DNA from: Candidatus Nanohaloarchaea archaeon
Lineage (GTDB): Archaea; Nanohalarchaeota; Nanosalinia; Nanosalinales; Nanosalinaceae
Direction: 5' to 3'
Length of the DNA stretch: 64,000 nucleotides
Assembly (NCBI GenBank): GCA_014297435.1
Contig: JACOQA010000003.1
Span: forward strand, 1-64,000
Under the pieces are notes generated by a model that saw only the letters and a program-made list of their open reading frames with translations, was not told the DNA's origin and did not search any database. Shown piece by piece: positions 29,583 through 39,383 of the stretch (the stretch's first letter is position 1; every line of letters starts with the position of its first letter). Made by a program: the position numbers and the translations under genes.

Positions 29583-32500
29583 ATGACAGACTACAATCCG
29601 GAAAAAGTTGAGTCCAAAGTTAAGAAGAACTGGAAACAGGATAACACGAGAAGAAAAGCCCTAGAGAAGAATAAGGGCGGAGAGATTTTCTACTTCTTGG
29701 ACGGTCCTCCTTACCCAACAGGATCGATGCATATGGGTACAGCAATGGGTAAAATACTGAAGGACTACTTTATCCGGTTCCACAGAATGAACGGCTACTA
29801 TGTACACGCGCAGCCCGGTTACGATACTCACGGACTGCCTATCGAAAACAAAGTCGAGGAACAGGAAGGATTCGAGAACAAACAGGATATTGAAGACTTC
29901 GGTGTTGCGAACTTCATCGATGAATGCAAGGACTTCGCCACAGAGTACATTGACGACATGAACCAAGACTTTAAGGAGATGGGTGTCTGGATGGACTGGG
30001 AGAACCCTTACCTGACACTTCACAACTACTATATTGAAGGGGCTTGGGAGACGTTCGAGCAGGCGTACAAGAAAGGATTCCTGTACGAAGACTCCTACCC
30101 TGTCCATGTCTGCACTCGTTGTGAGACAGCTGTAGCTTATAACGAAGTCGAGTACATGAAGAAAGAGGATCCAGAGGTCTACGTCACTCTACCAGTCAAA
30201 GACAGGGACGAAGAGTTGATGATCTGGACCACGACTCCTTGGACGATACCTTCCAACACAGGAGTTATGGTTCACCCGGAGTTTGAGTATTCGCTTGTCG
30301 AGTTTGATGGTAGAAAGATCTGGATGGCTTCTGAACTGCTTGAGGACATAATGAATAAGCTCGGTTACGAGGAAGACGAATACAAAATTGTCGAGATTGT
30401 CAAGGGCGAAGAGCTTGAAGATACTGAGTACGAGCATCCTTTAGAAGAGGAGGTACCTGCCCAAGAAAATGTTCAGGGAAGAGTAGTTCTATCTGAACGC
30501 TACGTTGATCTTTCAGGCGGCACAGGACTTGTGCACTCTGCTCCAGGTCACGGTAAAGAGGACTACGAGATAGGGCAGGAGAACGATCTTCCGCAGATCT
30601 CACCTGTCGACCTTAAAGGACACTACACCTCCGAAGCCGGCAAATACGAAGAAATGTTTGTCAAGGACGCAGATGAACAGATCAAGAAAGATCTGAAAGA
30701 GAAAGGAAACCTGATTTTCTCAGACAGTATAAGACACGAGTATCCCAAGTGCTGGAGATGTGATACGCCATTGTTGCAGCTTTCGATCCCTCAGTGGTTC
30801 TTCGGAGCAACCAAGTTCCGTGACAAGCTGCTTGATGAGAACGATAAGGTTAACTGGGTTCCTGACTGGGCTGGAGACAAGTTCGACGAATGGCTTGAAC
30901 AGCTCGGCGACTGGCCAGTTTCAAGACAGCGTTACTGGGGAATCCCTCTTCCTATCTGGGAATGCAACGACTGCGACCATACTCACGTAGTTGGTTCACG
31001 AGACGAACTTCCAGCCGACCTTGATGATCTCCACAGACCTTATATTGATGAGGTAGAGCTTGAATGTGATGACTGCGGAGGAACTATGACACGTATTCCC
31101 GACGTCCTGGATGTCTGGTTCGACTCTGGTGTCGCGCCATGGGCTTCTTTGAAGCATCCTGACGTAGACTTTACTTTCGAGGAAGAAGGACCTGTCGACC
31201 TGGAGGAAGAAGGCTTCGACCAGATAAGAGGATGGTGGAACAGCCAGTTTATCACCTCGATCATGACCCACGACACAAGACCTTTCGACAATGTTATCTA
31301 CCACGGAAAGGTCAAGCTCGAAGGAAAAGAGATGTCTAAGTCGAAAGGCATAATTGTCAGACCTGAAGAAGTGATCGAGAAGTACGGTCGGGACCTCCTA
31401 AGATACTACATCTTAACAAAAGATGTTTCAGAGGACTGGAGCTGGGAATGGGACGAAGTCGAAGAAAGCTTTGACTTCATGAACCTGCTCTGGAACACCT
31501 ACGAGTACAAGGACACTTACACCTCCGAAGTCGAAAAACCGGAGAACCTGGAGCTTGAGGATCGATGGATTCTATCCCGCTTGAACACGATGATAGAGAA
31601 CGTCCAGAAGTACTCTTCCGAACCAAAGTTCACCGCGTTTAAGGCAGTGAATCATATAGAGGAGTTTGCGGCAAACGATCTTTCGAGAACATACATCAAG
31701 ATGATCCGTGAACGGTTAAAACCAGGTTATGAAGGCGATGATAGACAGGCAGCGGAATGGACCCTAAGAAAGGTTACAGACCAGTTATTGAAAGTCTTGG
31801 CGCCTTTCACACCTTACTTTGCCGACTACCACTGGAACGGAAATAACTCGATCCACTTAGAGGACTATGCTGACGTTAACGACGAACAGAAAGATGAGAA
31901 ACTTGAGAGAGACGTCGCTATCTTCCAGGATGTACAGGAAGCGGTCGCAAGGCTTAGACAGGAGAAAGGTATCAGCTTGAGACATCCTGTAAAAGAAGTA
32001 ACCGTTTCAGGATCTAATGAAGTGGAGAGCGCTGTAGGGAACCTGAAAGAGCTTTTCGAGGAAAGATTAAACACGAAGAACGTTCAGTTCGAGAATGTAG
32101 AGCTTGACTACGAGGTCAAACTTGAGTATTCGAAGGCAGGACCGGTACTTGGAGGCGATGTCGGCGAGGTAGAATCAGCTTTAGCCGACAGAGACTATAC
32201 CAAGATCGCGGAAAAGATTGATGCAGGTAAAGCTGTTGAGATAGCTGGCTACGAGCTTGAACCCAAGATGTTCGATGTTAGAACTCACGTTCCCGAAGAT
32301 ATGGATGGAGAGGAGTTCTCAGAAGGAACAGTCTACTTGGACGATGAGATGACCGAAGATCTTCTGGATGAAGCATTTGTCGCAGAAATCGTGAGAGCGA
32401 TCCAGCAGAAGAGAAAGGAAGCTGAGCTTGAAGTCGAAGACAGAGTAAACCTTTCGTTCTCAGGCGACACACAACCCGTTGAAGTCCATTTAGAGGAGGT

Positions 32501-32618
32501 CAAGGATCGTGTGAACGTCAAGGATGTCGATTTTGGTGAATCCGATTATGAATACGTTGGCGTGGTCGAGTTCGAGGGACGTGAAATCGAGTTCAGCTTC
32601 TCGGAGCCGGTGGCTTGA
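29583..32618 (+). CDS. ileS: isoleucine--tRNA ligase
   Basis: DGPPYPTGSMHMG, GYDTHGLPIE, WTTTPWT, GTGLVHSAPGHG, SRQRYWG, EMSKS. Confidence 0.97.
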   Translation: MTDYNPEKVESKVKKNWKQDNTRRKALEKNKGGEIFYFLDGPPYPTGSMHMGTAMGKILKDYFIRFHRMNGYYVHAQPGYDTHGLPIENKVEEQEGFENKQDIEDFGVANFIDECKDFATEYIDDMNQDFKEMGVWMDWENPYLTLHNYYIEGAWETFEQAYKKGFLYEDSYPVHVCTRCETAVAYNEVEYMKKEDPEVYVTLPVKDRDEELMIWTTTPWTIPSNTGVMVHPEFEYSLVEFDGRKIWMASELLEDIMNKLGYEEDEYKIVEIVKGEELEDTEYEHPLEEEVPAQENVQGRVVLSERYVDLSGGTGLVHSAPGHGKEDYEIGQENDLPQISPVDLKGHYTSEAGKYEEMFVKDADEQIKKDLKEKGNLIFSDSIRHEYPKCWRCDTPLLQLSIPQWFFGATKFRDKLLDENDKVNWVPDWAGDKFDEWLEQLGDWPVSRQRYWGIPLPIWECNDCDHTHVVGSRDELPADLDDLHRPYIDEVELECDDCGGTMTRIPDVLDVWFDSGVAPWASLKHPDVDFTFEEEGPVDLEEEGFDQIRGWWNSQFITSIMTHDTRPFDNVIYHGKVKLEGKEMSKSKGIIVRPEEVIEKYGRDLLRYYILTKDVSEDWSWEWDEVEESFDFMNLLWNTYEYKDTYTSEVEKPENLELEDRWILSRLNTMIENVQKYSSEPKFTAFKAVNHIEEFAANDLSRTYIKMIRERLKPGYEGDDRQAAEWTLRKVTDQLLKVLAPFTPYFADYHWNGNNSIHLEDYADVNDEQKDEKLERDVAIFQDVQEAVARLRQEKGISLRHPVKEVTVSGSNEVESAVGNLKELFEERLNTKNVQFENVELDYEVKLEYSKAGPVLGGDVGEVESALADRDYTKIAEKIDAGKAVEIAGYELEPKMFDVRTHVPEDMDGEEFSEGTVYLDDEMTEDLLDEAFVAEIVRAIQQKRKEAELEVEDRVNLSFSGDTQPVEVHLEEVKDRVNVKDVDFGESDYEYVGVVEFEGREIEFSFSEPVA

Positions 32619-32644
32619 AAAGCTTCTTAGGAGGTTAGAGAAGT

Positions 32645-33739
32645 ATGAAGACCGAAAAGTTAGAACCGGCAATGAGTTACCTTGAAAACGTAGATGAAAA
32701 CGATAGAGTGGTTATTGTACACCACTGGGATATGGACGGCATTTCCTCCAGCGCCATCATTTCGAAAATACTTGAAGAGTTGAGAGGTAGCCCAGCAGAA
32801 GAAGTGACGATACCGGCTCAGCGGTCATACCACTTGACAGAGAAAGACCACGAGCTTATTGACGACGCGGACAAGCTAATCGTCTTAGATTTCAATCTTG
32901 AGGCTGATGAGCTCGAAGAGCTGAACGAACAACTCGATGTACTTGTGGTCGACCACCACTCGTTCGACAGGAAGCCTGAAGTCGCATTTGTTAATCCAAG
33001 AGATGAAAACGAGGACGTCTACGTTCCCTGTTCGAAAATCTGTCTTGATATAGCTGCCGAGTACGACCTTGAGGAAGAGCTTAGATGGATCGCAGGTCTA
33101 GGAGTTATACAGGACTTCGGTGTTGATTCCTGCCCTGAACTGTTTGAGAGGCTTTACGAGAACTATGAACAATATCTTCCAAAAGAGCTTTCGCAGGAGG
33201 AGCTCGCAAAGAACTGTGAGTACGGACGATATTCTTCTGTGCTTAATATTAAGCCTTACCGTGATTCAAAGCATTACGCCAAGCTAGCTTACGAGGCCTT
33301 AATGAGTTCTGAGGATCTTCTAGAGCTTGAAGCACAGGAAGAGTACAGAAAGGTCTATGAAGTCTATCTTGAGATGCAGGATGAATTTAACGATGCGGTA
33401 GAGGATTACGAGGAGGAAAGAGAGATCGATAGGCAGAAGATGATCATCTTCTTCGAGCTTGAATCCGACTTCCACATAACCTCAAGTATAGCTACCAACA
33501 TGTCCACCAAGACGCCTGAATGGATTCACCTAGTTATCCAGCGGGATGAAAATGAGATTAATGTTTCAGCTCGGTGTCAGTCCGGAAGAGTGGACTTAGG
33601 CGACTTAATGCAGAAAGCTTTACCTGAAGGCTCTCGAGAAGAAGGAGCTGAGGCCGGAGGACACAAGAAGGCTGCGGGGGCATCAATGAAACCTGAGTAC
33701 CTTGAGGAGTTCAAAGAGAACTTCACAGAGCTTGTGTAG
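32645..33739 (+). CDS. DHH/DHHA1 phosphoesterase (RecJ-like)
   Basis: HWDMDG, VVDHH, SAR, GGHKKAAG. Confidence 0.9.
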   Translation: MKTEKLEPAMSYLENVDENDRVVIVHHWDMDGISSSAIISKILEELRGSPAEEVTIPAQRSYHLTEKDHELIDDADKLIVLDFNLEADELEELNEQLDVLVVDHHSFDRKPEVAFVNPRDENEDVYVPCSKICLDIAAEYDLEEELRWIAGLGVIQDFGVDSCPELFERLYENYEQYLPKELSQEELAKNCEYGRYSSVLNIKPYRDSKHYAKLAYEALMSSEDLLELEAQEEYRKVYEVYLEMQDEFNDAVEDYEEEREIDRQKMIIFFELESDFHITSSIATNMSTKTPEWIHLVIQRDENEINVSARCQSGRVDLGDLMQKALPEGSREEGAEAGGHKKAAGASMKPEYLEEFKENFTELV

Positions 33740-33782
33740 GAAAACCTGTTTAAAACCCGAGAAGAACATGATATACAGTACT

Positions 33783-33929
33783 ATGAGCAAAGACAAGGCC
33801 GAAAAACAGAAGCAGAAAGCCAAAGAAATGCTCGGTATCGATGACGACCGAGCGGAAGAAATCTTCCAGGAACAACCAGACAGGAAACAGCAGAAGAAGA
33901 AAGAGCTAGAGGAGAAACGGAAAGACTAA
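33783..33929 (+). CDS. small charged hypothetical protein
   Basis: 48 aa starting MSKDKAEKQ; TTTAAAA box about 30 nt upstream. Confidence 0.6.
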   Translation: MSKDKAEKQKQKAKEMLGIDDDRAEEIFQEQPDRKQQKKKELEEKRKD

Positions 33930-34537
33930 CAGTTTTCTCTCCACAACTTTTCCACTTTTTCCTTCGTAAGTTTTTCCTCCATACTATCGACAGCATACTT
34001 CCTGAGTGACCTGGAAATATCCTCATTTAAGCTTCTCTTATTTTCCCAGCGCTTTTCTTCTATAGCTTCTAAGACCTTCTTTTTGTCGAACACAACCTCT
34101 CCGAAATCAAGCTGAACCATACGTCCTTCATCATCATATCCGTTGTTGAGCGTGAAGTTATAGATAGTGTCACCAATACCGTAGCTCCAGAGAGTTTCCA
34201 GAAGATCAACATAATCATCTATAATCTGTTTCTTCTCTTCTAGATCACTGAGAGATTCTAGTTTATTGTGTACCGGAACAAGCCTGTCCTGATAAACAGT
34301 ACCGTCGTCTATCCGAATATTCCCGAAGATAAAACTTGGCAGATCCTTTTCCTGGATTCTTTCTAGGGATCTTGACCTTCTTTCAATCGCCATATCTACG
34401 TTTTCCTCAGCCTTTGCCCTGGAGTCGTACCAGTTGGTAGCCATCTCTATCATTTCTTCTCTAGACTTGGGCTCTTTCCGAACCCAGTCTCCTTCAGCAT
34501 AAACTTTGTACTGAAGTCCTTCACCAATCAGCACCAT
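33926..34537 (-). CDS. minimal protein-kinase-like fold protein
   Basis: IGEGLQYKVY Gly-loop, VRK, GIGD...NN catalytic-loop-like segment, LDFGE. Confidence 0.7.
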   Translation of the reverse strand: MVLIGEGLQYKVYAEGDWVRKEPKSREEMIEMATNWYDSRAKAEENVDMAIERRSRSLERIQEKDLPSFIFGNIRIDDGTVYQDRLVPVHNKLESLSDLEEKKQIIDDYVDLLETLWSYGIGDTIYNFTLNNGYDDEGRMVQLDFGEVVFDKKKVLEAIEEKRWENKRSLNEDISRSLRKYAVDSMEEKLTKEKVEKLWRENC

Positions 34538-34540
34538 TTT

Positions 34541-35968
34541 CTAGCTCTCTACCCAGATCGCGCCTTCATCCGTATCTTCTATCTCGAAACCTATTTCTCC
34601 CAGTCTATCACGGATGAAGTCCGATGTCTCATAGTCCTCATTTTCTCTCGCACTCTCTCTTAACTCCAGTAAGGTTTCGACCAGTTCCGATTCCTCCTTG
34701 TCCTCCCTAAGTTCTACCCCGAGGATCTCGAAAAGCTCTTCTAAAACCTGTTTGGCTTCTCCGGTGTTGGCGTCCGAGTTCTGGTCAAGAGCAGCGTTAA
34801 CCGAGTTGATATACTCCATCAGTTCCTGTTTAGCGTTCGCGGTATTAAGGTCATCATCCATCTCTTCCTCAAACCTTTTCCTCAGTTTTTCTGTCTCCTC
34901 TTCTAGGACGTTTTCTCCTTCCTGACCGCTTTTCTCTACACGTTTCAGAGTTCTCTTCAGTTTCTTCAGTTCTTTTTCTGCTTTCTCAAAACCTTCACGT
35001 GAGAAGTTGGTCTCGGATCTGTAGTGTGAAGAAACAAGATACAGTCTTAGTGCGTTTCCACTGTATCCTTCATCTAGCAGATCTCTTACCGTGACAAAGT
35101 TTCCTTTGGATTTACTCATTTTCTCTCCTTCCCACTGGATGAACTCGTTGTGAAGCCAGTACCTTGCCTGTCCTTCTCCGGTGGCTGCGAAGCACTGCGC
35201 TCTCTCGTTCGGATGGTGCGGGAAGATATGGTCTTTTCCGCCCGCGTGGATATCGAACTCATCTCCCAGGTATTTCTGCCCCATAACTGAGCATTCAAGG
35301 TGCCATCCCGGGTATCCGGTTGACCATGGACTCTCCCATTTCATGAGGTGACCTGTACCTTCCGCATTTAACCAAAGGGCAAAGTCGTACTGGTTCTTCT
35401 TTTTACTGTCCTCTTCAACCCTTGATTCTGCTTCTTTTTTCAGTTGTTCAAGATCTTTCTTCGCCATCTCCCCATACGGATAGTCTTTGACGAAAGCATC
35501 GATATCGAAATAGACGTTGCCCTCTCTTTCGTAGGCATAACCGTTTTCAATTATTTTTTCGATGTAGTTGATCATCTCGTTTAGGTGACCTGTGGCTCTA
35601 GGAACAATATCCTGCCTTTCAACGTTGATTGCTTGAGTGTCCTCGAAGTAGCGTTCGATCTGATCCTCTACTAGCTCCATAGGTTCAAGTCCGAGTTCTT
35701 TAGCTCTTTTCTCGACCTTGTCCTCTCCCTGATCGCCATCGTCCGTTAAGTGTCCAACATCAGTAATGTTCTGGACGTGTCTTACCGTGAAGCCTTTCCA
35801 TTCAAGGTAACGCCTTAACGTGTCCCATACAGCGTAGGGTCTTGCGTTTCCTATGTGCAGATCATCGTAGATTGTCTGTCCACAGCTGTAGAACTTTACC
35901 TTTCCTTCTTCTTTCGGTTCGAACTCTTCTTTCTCACGGGTCAAAGTGTTGAATAGTTTGAGTGGCAT
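34541..35968 (-). CDS. cysS: cysteine--tRNA ligase
   Basis: CGQTIY, HIGN, PGWHLECS, HAGGKDHIFPHH, KMSKS. Confidence 0.97.
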   Translation of the reverse strand: MPLKLFNTLTREKEEFEPKEEGKVKFYSCGQTIYDDLHIGNARPYAVWDTLRRYLEWKGFTVRHVQNITDVGHLTDDGDQGEDKVEKRAKELGLEPMELVEDQIERYFEDTQAINVERQDIVPRATGHLNEMINYIEKIIENGYAYEREGNVYFDIDAFVKDYPYGEMAKKDLEQLKKEAESRVEEDSKKKNQYDFALWLNAEGTGHLMKWESPWSTGYPGWHLECSVMGQKYLGDEFDIHAGGKDHIFPHHPNERAQCFAATGEGQARYWLHNEFIQWEGEKMSKSKGNFVTVRDLLDEGYSGNALRLYLVSSHYRSETNFSREGFEKAEKELKKLKRTLKRVEKSGQEGENVLEEETEKLRKRFEEEMDDDLNTANAKQELMEYINSVNAALDQNSDANTGEAKQVLEELFEILGVELREDKEESELVETLLELRESARENEDYETSDFIRDRLGEIGFEIEDTDEGAIWVES

Positions 35969-36052
35969 TCTTGATCAGCTGCGATTAATAGAAAGTGAGG
36001 TTGTGAAAGTTAAAAGATTTCCAGAAATTGCTTGATCTTTTTTCCGCTCATA

Positions 36053-36070
36053 TGATTGAAATTTCAATCA
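36053..36070. promoter_or_regulatory. perfect 18-bp palindrome, candidate operator upstream of cysS
   Basis: TGATTGAAATTTCAATCA equals its own reverse complement. Confidence 0.35.
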
Positions 36071-36274
36071 GTTCCAGCAATATCCAACACGATTAAAAGA
36101 ACATATTATCCAAATAATGACCTTGAGGATTCTTCTAAGACTTGATTCTCTGAAAGATCAGACCTATAATCCTTCTTATCACGTTGATCTACCTCGTGCT
36201 TGTCTTTCAATTGAACTTTAGAAGTATTAGAACTACTAAGATTTCTGAGAAAAACCTTATATCTTTTAATTTAA

Positions 36275-36724
36275 TCAGAAAGAAGGCATCTTCTCCAGTT
36301 TTTCCAGAAACTTCCCGATTCTCTCACTACCTTCCATGTATCCCTTGTCAATCTTTCCAACTTCCTCTTCTACTTCGGAAGGTTCAACCCATTTAACTTC
36401 CTTAAGATCTTCCTCAGGTTCTGCATCATCTGAGTCCGCTTCCATATGGTAGAGAACTCTGACTAGGTTGTCAGGGCCTTGATCGACCTGACTCGACGAG
36501 TTTACCTCAACCAATTGAAATATTTCACCTTCTAAACCGGTTTCCTCTTCTACTTCACGTTTTGCGGCTTCTTCCGGATCTTCTCCTTCTTCTATGTGTC
36601 CTCCGGGGAAGTGCCACTGGTCCGACATAGGATGATCTTCTTTCTCGATCTTTTTCCCTAGCAGAACCTTTCCGTTGTAGGTTACTATTGCGCCGGCTGC
36701 GACCATGAAGTTTTCTCTTGACAT
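36275..36724 (-). CDS. NUDIX hydrolase
   Basis: PGGHIEEGEDPEEAAKREVEEETG. Confidence 0.93.
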   Translation of the reverse strand: MSRENFMVAAGAIVTYNGKVLLGKKIEKEDHPMSDQWHFPGGHIEEGEDPEEAAKREVEEETGLEGEIFQLVEVNSSSQVDQGPDNLVRVLYHMEADSDDAEPEEDLKEVKWVEPSEVEEEVGKIDKGYMEGSERIGKFLEKLEKMPSF

Positions 36725-36762
36725 ATTTTAGAATAAGAAGGGAAGGGATTTGAAGCCTGTTG

Positions 36763-37419
36763 CTAGAAAACAGCCAGACTGTTCTCTACTTCTTGTCTTA
36801 GTGCGTCTTCCCCCTGCTCAGCCGTCCCAACCATGTCATCAATATGTGTCTCTGGGTTACGGTGACCATAGTTTACCGAAGCTCTTCCGGCTTCTTCGCC
36901 TTCAACTGCGACGGAGACCTGGCTTATAACATCGCCTTCTACAGGTTGATCGGAGTAGCCAGAAATTGTCTCGTCCCCAAGCTCGTCGTTGAATCCCATT
37001 AGCACATTTGTGATGTAGTCAACGGCTGTTCCTCTTCCTTCTTCATCCAGAGTGTGGTCGAATTCGGATAGTTCTCCTGTGGCGTCAATAGATATGTTGA
37101 TTCCGTATCTGTCCTGTTTGACGTATTCTGATCTATGTTTACTTACGCTTGCGACCCCTTTGTTTGTTACCTCTACATCAGGTTCTTCAAGCATACTGTA
37201 GTTGTTAGTTATCCTATTTAGTTCTGATTCAAGCTCTGAGACTTCGTCATCATACGGATGATCGATACTACTTGTTCTCGAACCCGAATTTGCGGCATTC
37301 ACCCCATTTTTGGTTTGTTGTGTTTTCTGTTTTCCGTCAGAGGCGCATCCTGCTGCTCCGGCAGTAAGTGCTGCGCCGATTCCGCCTAAAATCTTTCTCC
37401 GGGAAAACTTCTTGGTCAT
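36763..37419 (-). CDS. Tat-exported lipoprotein
   Basis: SRRKILGG twin-arginine motif and AAGC lipobox. Confidence 0.85.
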   Translation of the reverse strand: MTKKFSRRKILGGIGAALTAGAAGCASDGKQKTQQTKNGVNAANSGSRTSSIDHPYDDEVSELESELNRITNNYSMLEEPDVEVTNKGVASVSKHRSEYVKQDRYGINISIDATGELSEFDHTLDEEGRGTAVDYITNVLMGFNDELGDETISGYSDQPVEGDVISQVSVAVEGEEAGRASVNYGHRNPETHIDDMVGTAEQGEDALRQEVENSLAVF

Positions 37420-37457
37420 ATTTGTTACTAGAAGGTCAATACATAAAAATGTTTTGG

Positions 37458-37847
37458 TTATACGCCCAAGACTCTCATATCCTTCTCAAGCTGAGGCACC
37501 GTTTCAAAACCATCGATCTGATCTCTCTTTACCCACTCGAACTTATCATGTTCTCGAGTCAGCTCAACTTCATCGCTCTCAACTATGACAAGCACGGGAT
37601 GGATTGTGAAGTGGTATTCTCCAGATTCAACGGTAAAAGGTTCCGCAGTTTTGATTGTCTTTCCTATCAGACCTGTTTCCTCTTCAAGTTCACGTAGAGC
37701 GCCCTCCCTCTCTGTTTCATCCTCCAGAAAACCAGAGGGAAACTCCCACTCTCCCGGGTAACGGTCTCTAGATTCAGCTCTCTTTACCAAAAGAAACTTC
37801 TCTATCTCAGGATTGTAGGTTACGGCCACCACAACATCGTGGTTCAT
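37458..37847 (-). CDS. NUDIX hydrolase
   Basis: WEFPSGFLEDETEREGALRELEEETG; LTREH. Confidence 0.92.
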   Translation of the reverse strand: MNHDVVVAVTYNPEIEKFLLVKRAESRDRYPGEWEFPSGFLEDETEREGALRELEEETGLIGKTIKTAEPFTVESGEYHFTIHPVLVIVESDEVELTREHDKFEWVKRDQIDGFETVPQLEKDMRVLGV

Positions 37848-38623
37848 AGATCTAGTCTTTCAATAGATTCCATTTCTCCAAGGGTTTTCAGGCCATCAAG
37901 TTCGCCCAGACTAACTAGCTTAGCCTTGTCGTGTTCATGATTAAGCTCCACCTCTCCTTCTGCTTCGACAAGGAACGGGTGCAGCCTCCAAACACCTAGT
38001 TCTCCACGATTCAAGTACGGTTTTCCGGATCTAACCGCTTGGCCTTCAAGCCCTGTCTCCTCTTTTAGCTCTCTAAGCGCAGCTTCTTTTTTCGTTTCAC
38101 CTTCCTCTATTCTTCCTCCCGGAAAGTTCCAGTAGCCTGAGCTCGAGGTCTGCTCCGAACGCCTGAGAACAACATATTTCCCGTTTTTTCTGGGTACTGA
38201 GGTTGCGACCTCGCCCTCAACCAGTCCAAGCTGCTTGATAGCCTTGAACTGGCCTATACTTTCGTACTCGTAGAAATTAGTTAGATCGATCCATTCGAAA
38301 CTGTCATGTTCCTCAGAAAGAACATTCTCTGAAATCTCATCTGCTTTTTCTGGATCGAGTTCGATTAGTACGGGGTAAAGATTGTATTTCGGATTATCTT
38401 CGCTAGGATACGGATCGGCGACTTTCTCTATACTGTAATCGTTTTCTTTCCACTTAAGCTGTATTTCTTCTTTTAGCTCGCGTACTGCCGCTTCTTCTAT
38501 CGCTTCATTCTCTTTTCTTTTCCCGCCTATCCACTCCCAGTAGTTGTCCTTCGTTCTCCGTGCCAGGAAGTATTTTTCCTGCGATCTTATCACTAGCTGG
38601 GCTACGTCTTTTGTGTCGGCCAT
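37844..38623 (-). CDS. tandem double-NUDIX hydrolase
   Basis: two Nudix boxes: GGKRKENEAIEEAAVRELKEE and GGRIEEGETKKEAALRELKEETG. Confidence 0.92.
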   Translation of the reverse strand: MADTKDVAQLVIRSQEKYFLARRTKDNYWEWIGGKRKENEAIEEAAVRELKEEIQLKWKENDYSIEKVADPYPSEDNPKYNLYPVLIELDPEKADEISENVLSEEHDSFEWIDLTNFYEYESIGQFKAIKQLGLVEGEVATSVPRKNGKYVVLRRSEQTSSSGYWNFPGGRIEEGETKKEAALRELKEETGLEGQAVRSGKPYLNRGELGVWRLHPFLVEAEGEVELNHEHDKAKLVSLGELDGLKTLGEMESIERLDL

Positions 38624-38662
38624 AGATTTGTTTTAGACCTCAGAGATTATTATTGGCTATTA

Positions 38663-39055
38663 TCAGAACTCTATTTCGTCAACCGAGATCAGATCCCAGT
38701 CTGCGTAAGGCTCATCTTTGTCCTCGTATGATTCTTTAACGTCCTCAGGATCGCCTCTTACCTGCATAAAGTAGAAATCTTCGTCTATTCTCCCGACTTC
38801 AACCCCGAGAGTCTCCCTCACGGTTTCATACAAAGTGGTGTAGACCTGCTCTATCTCATTTGAGCCAACTTTTCCTACAGGGGAGCTTAGATTGGATTCC
38901 TGAACCTTTTCGAGATCTACAGCTGCCGAAAACGCATAAATATCGTCATGCGCCTCATCCAGAATACCTTCTATAGTTGCATCATTCTGCTTAGGATCAT
39001 CATCCAGCGTTTCATCTATAGACTGTTTCAAAGCCCTACCCCATCCTTCTCGCAT
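38663..39055 (-). CDS. acidic hypothetical protein
   Basis: start moved to MREGWG (39055) because the longer ORF overlaps tRNA-Cys. Confidence 0.75.
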   Translation of the reverse strand: MREGWGRALKQSIDETLDDDPKQNDATIEGILDEAHDDIYAFSAAVDLEKVQESNLSSPVGKVGSNEIEQVYTTLYETVRETLGVEVGRIDEDFYFMQVRGDPEDVKESYEDKDEPYADWDLISVDEIEF

Positions 39056-39097
39056 AAGTAATCGAAATTTAGGGAGAACTTTTTGTATATGAAGGAT

Positions 39098-39168
39098 AGC
39101 CGGGACGGGGATTTGCACCCCGGTAGGCGGCTTTGCAGGCCGCTGCATAGCTCCTCTGCCATCCCGGC
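39098..39168 (-). tRNA. tRNA-Cys(GCA)
   Basis: GCCGGGA/TCCCGGC acceptor, U73, GCGGC-CTGCAAA-GCCGC anticodon arm; T-loop TGCAAAT. Confidence 0.92.
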
Positions 39169-39217
39169 AAACAGATTCTTTTAACTAAACAGTCGGTGAG
39201 AAACCTTAAAACCGCTT

Positions 39218-39310
39218 TCAGTCGTTGCACGGACAGCCTTCGCCGCATCCGCACCCTTTCTCTTCCTCGCCTTCACCAGTTTCAACGTCTTTACTTCCTT
39301 TTTCTGGCAT
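39218..39310 (-). CDS. 30-aa Cys-rich micro-protein (metallothionein-like; not in ORF track)
   Basis: MPEKGSKDVETGEGEEEKGCGCGEGCPCND*; AATAAAAA box about 25 nt upstream. Confidence 0.6.
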   Translation of the reverse strand: MPEKGSKDVETGEGEEEKGCGCGEGCPCND

Positions 39311-39383
39311 ATACAACGGTTTATGGAAAGGGTTTTTATTAGTCAAGGATTATCTGACGTATCAACGGAGGCAGATATTCTAT

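Noticed and set aside
29583-32618. IleRS HMGT/EMSKS variants as a resistance signature
   Set aside because: HxGT is usual in archaeal IleRS, and a single K-to-E change supports no functional claim
36053-36217. ATTGAAA / TTTCAAT words resembling CRISPR repeat ends
   Set aside because: No regularly spaced direct repeats and no cas genes in the window
39056-39383. N-terminal extensions of ORFs 38663..39148 and 39225..40190, and ORF 39069..39254
   Set aside because: They overlap tRNA-Cys or the Cys-rich micro-ORF; better starts are at 39055 and 39384
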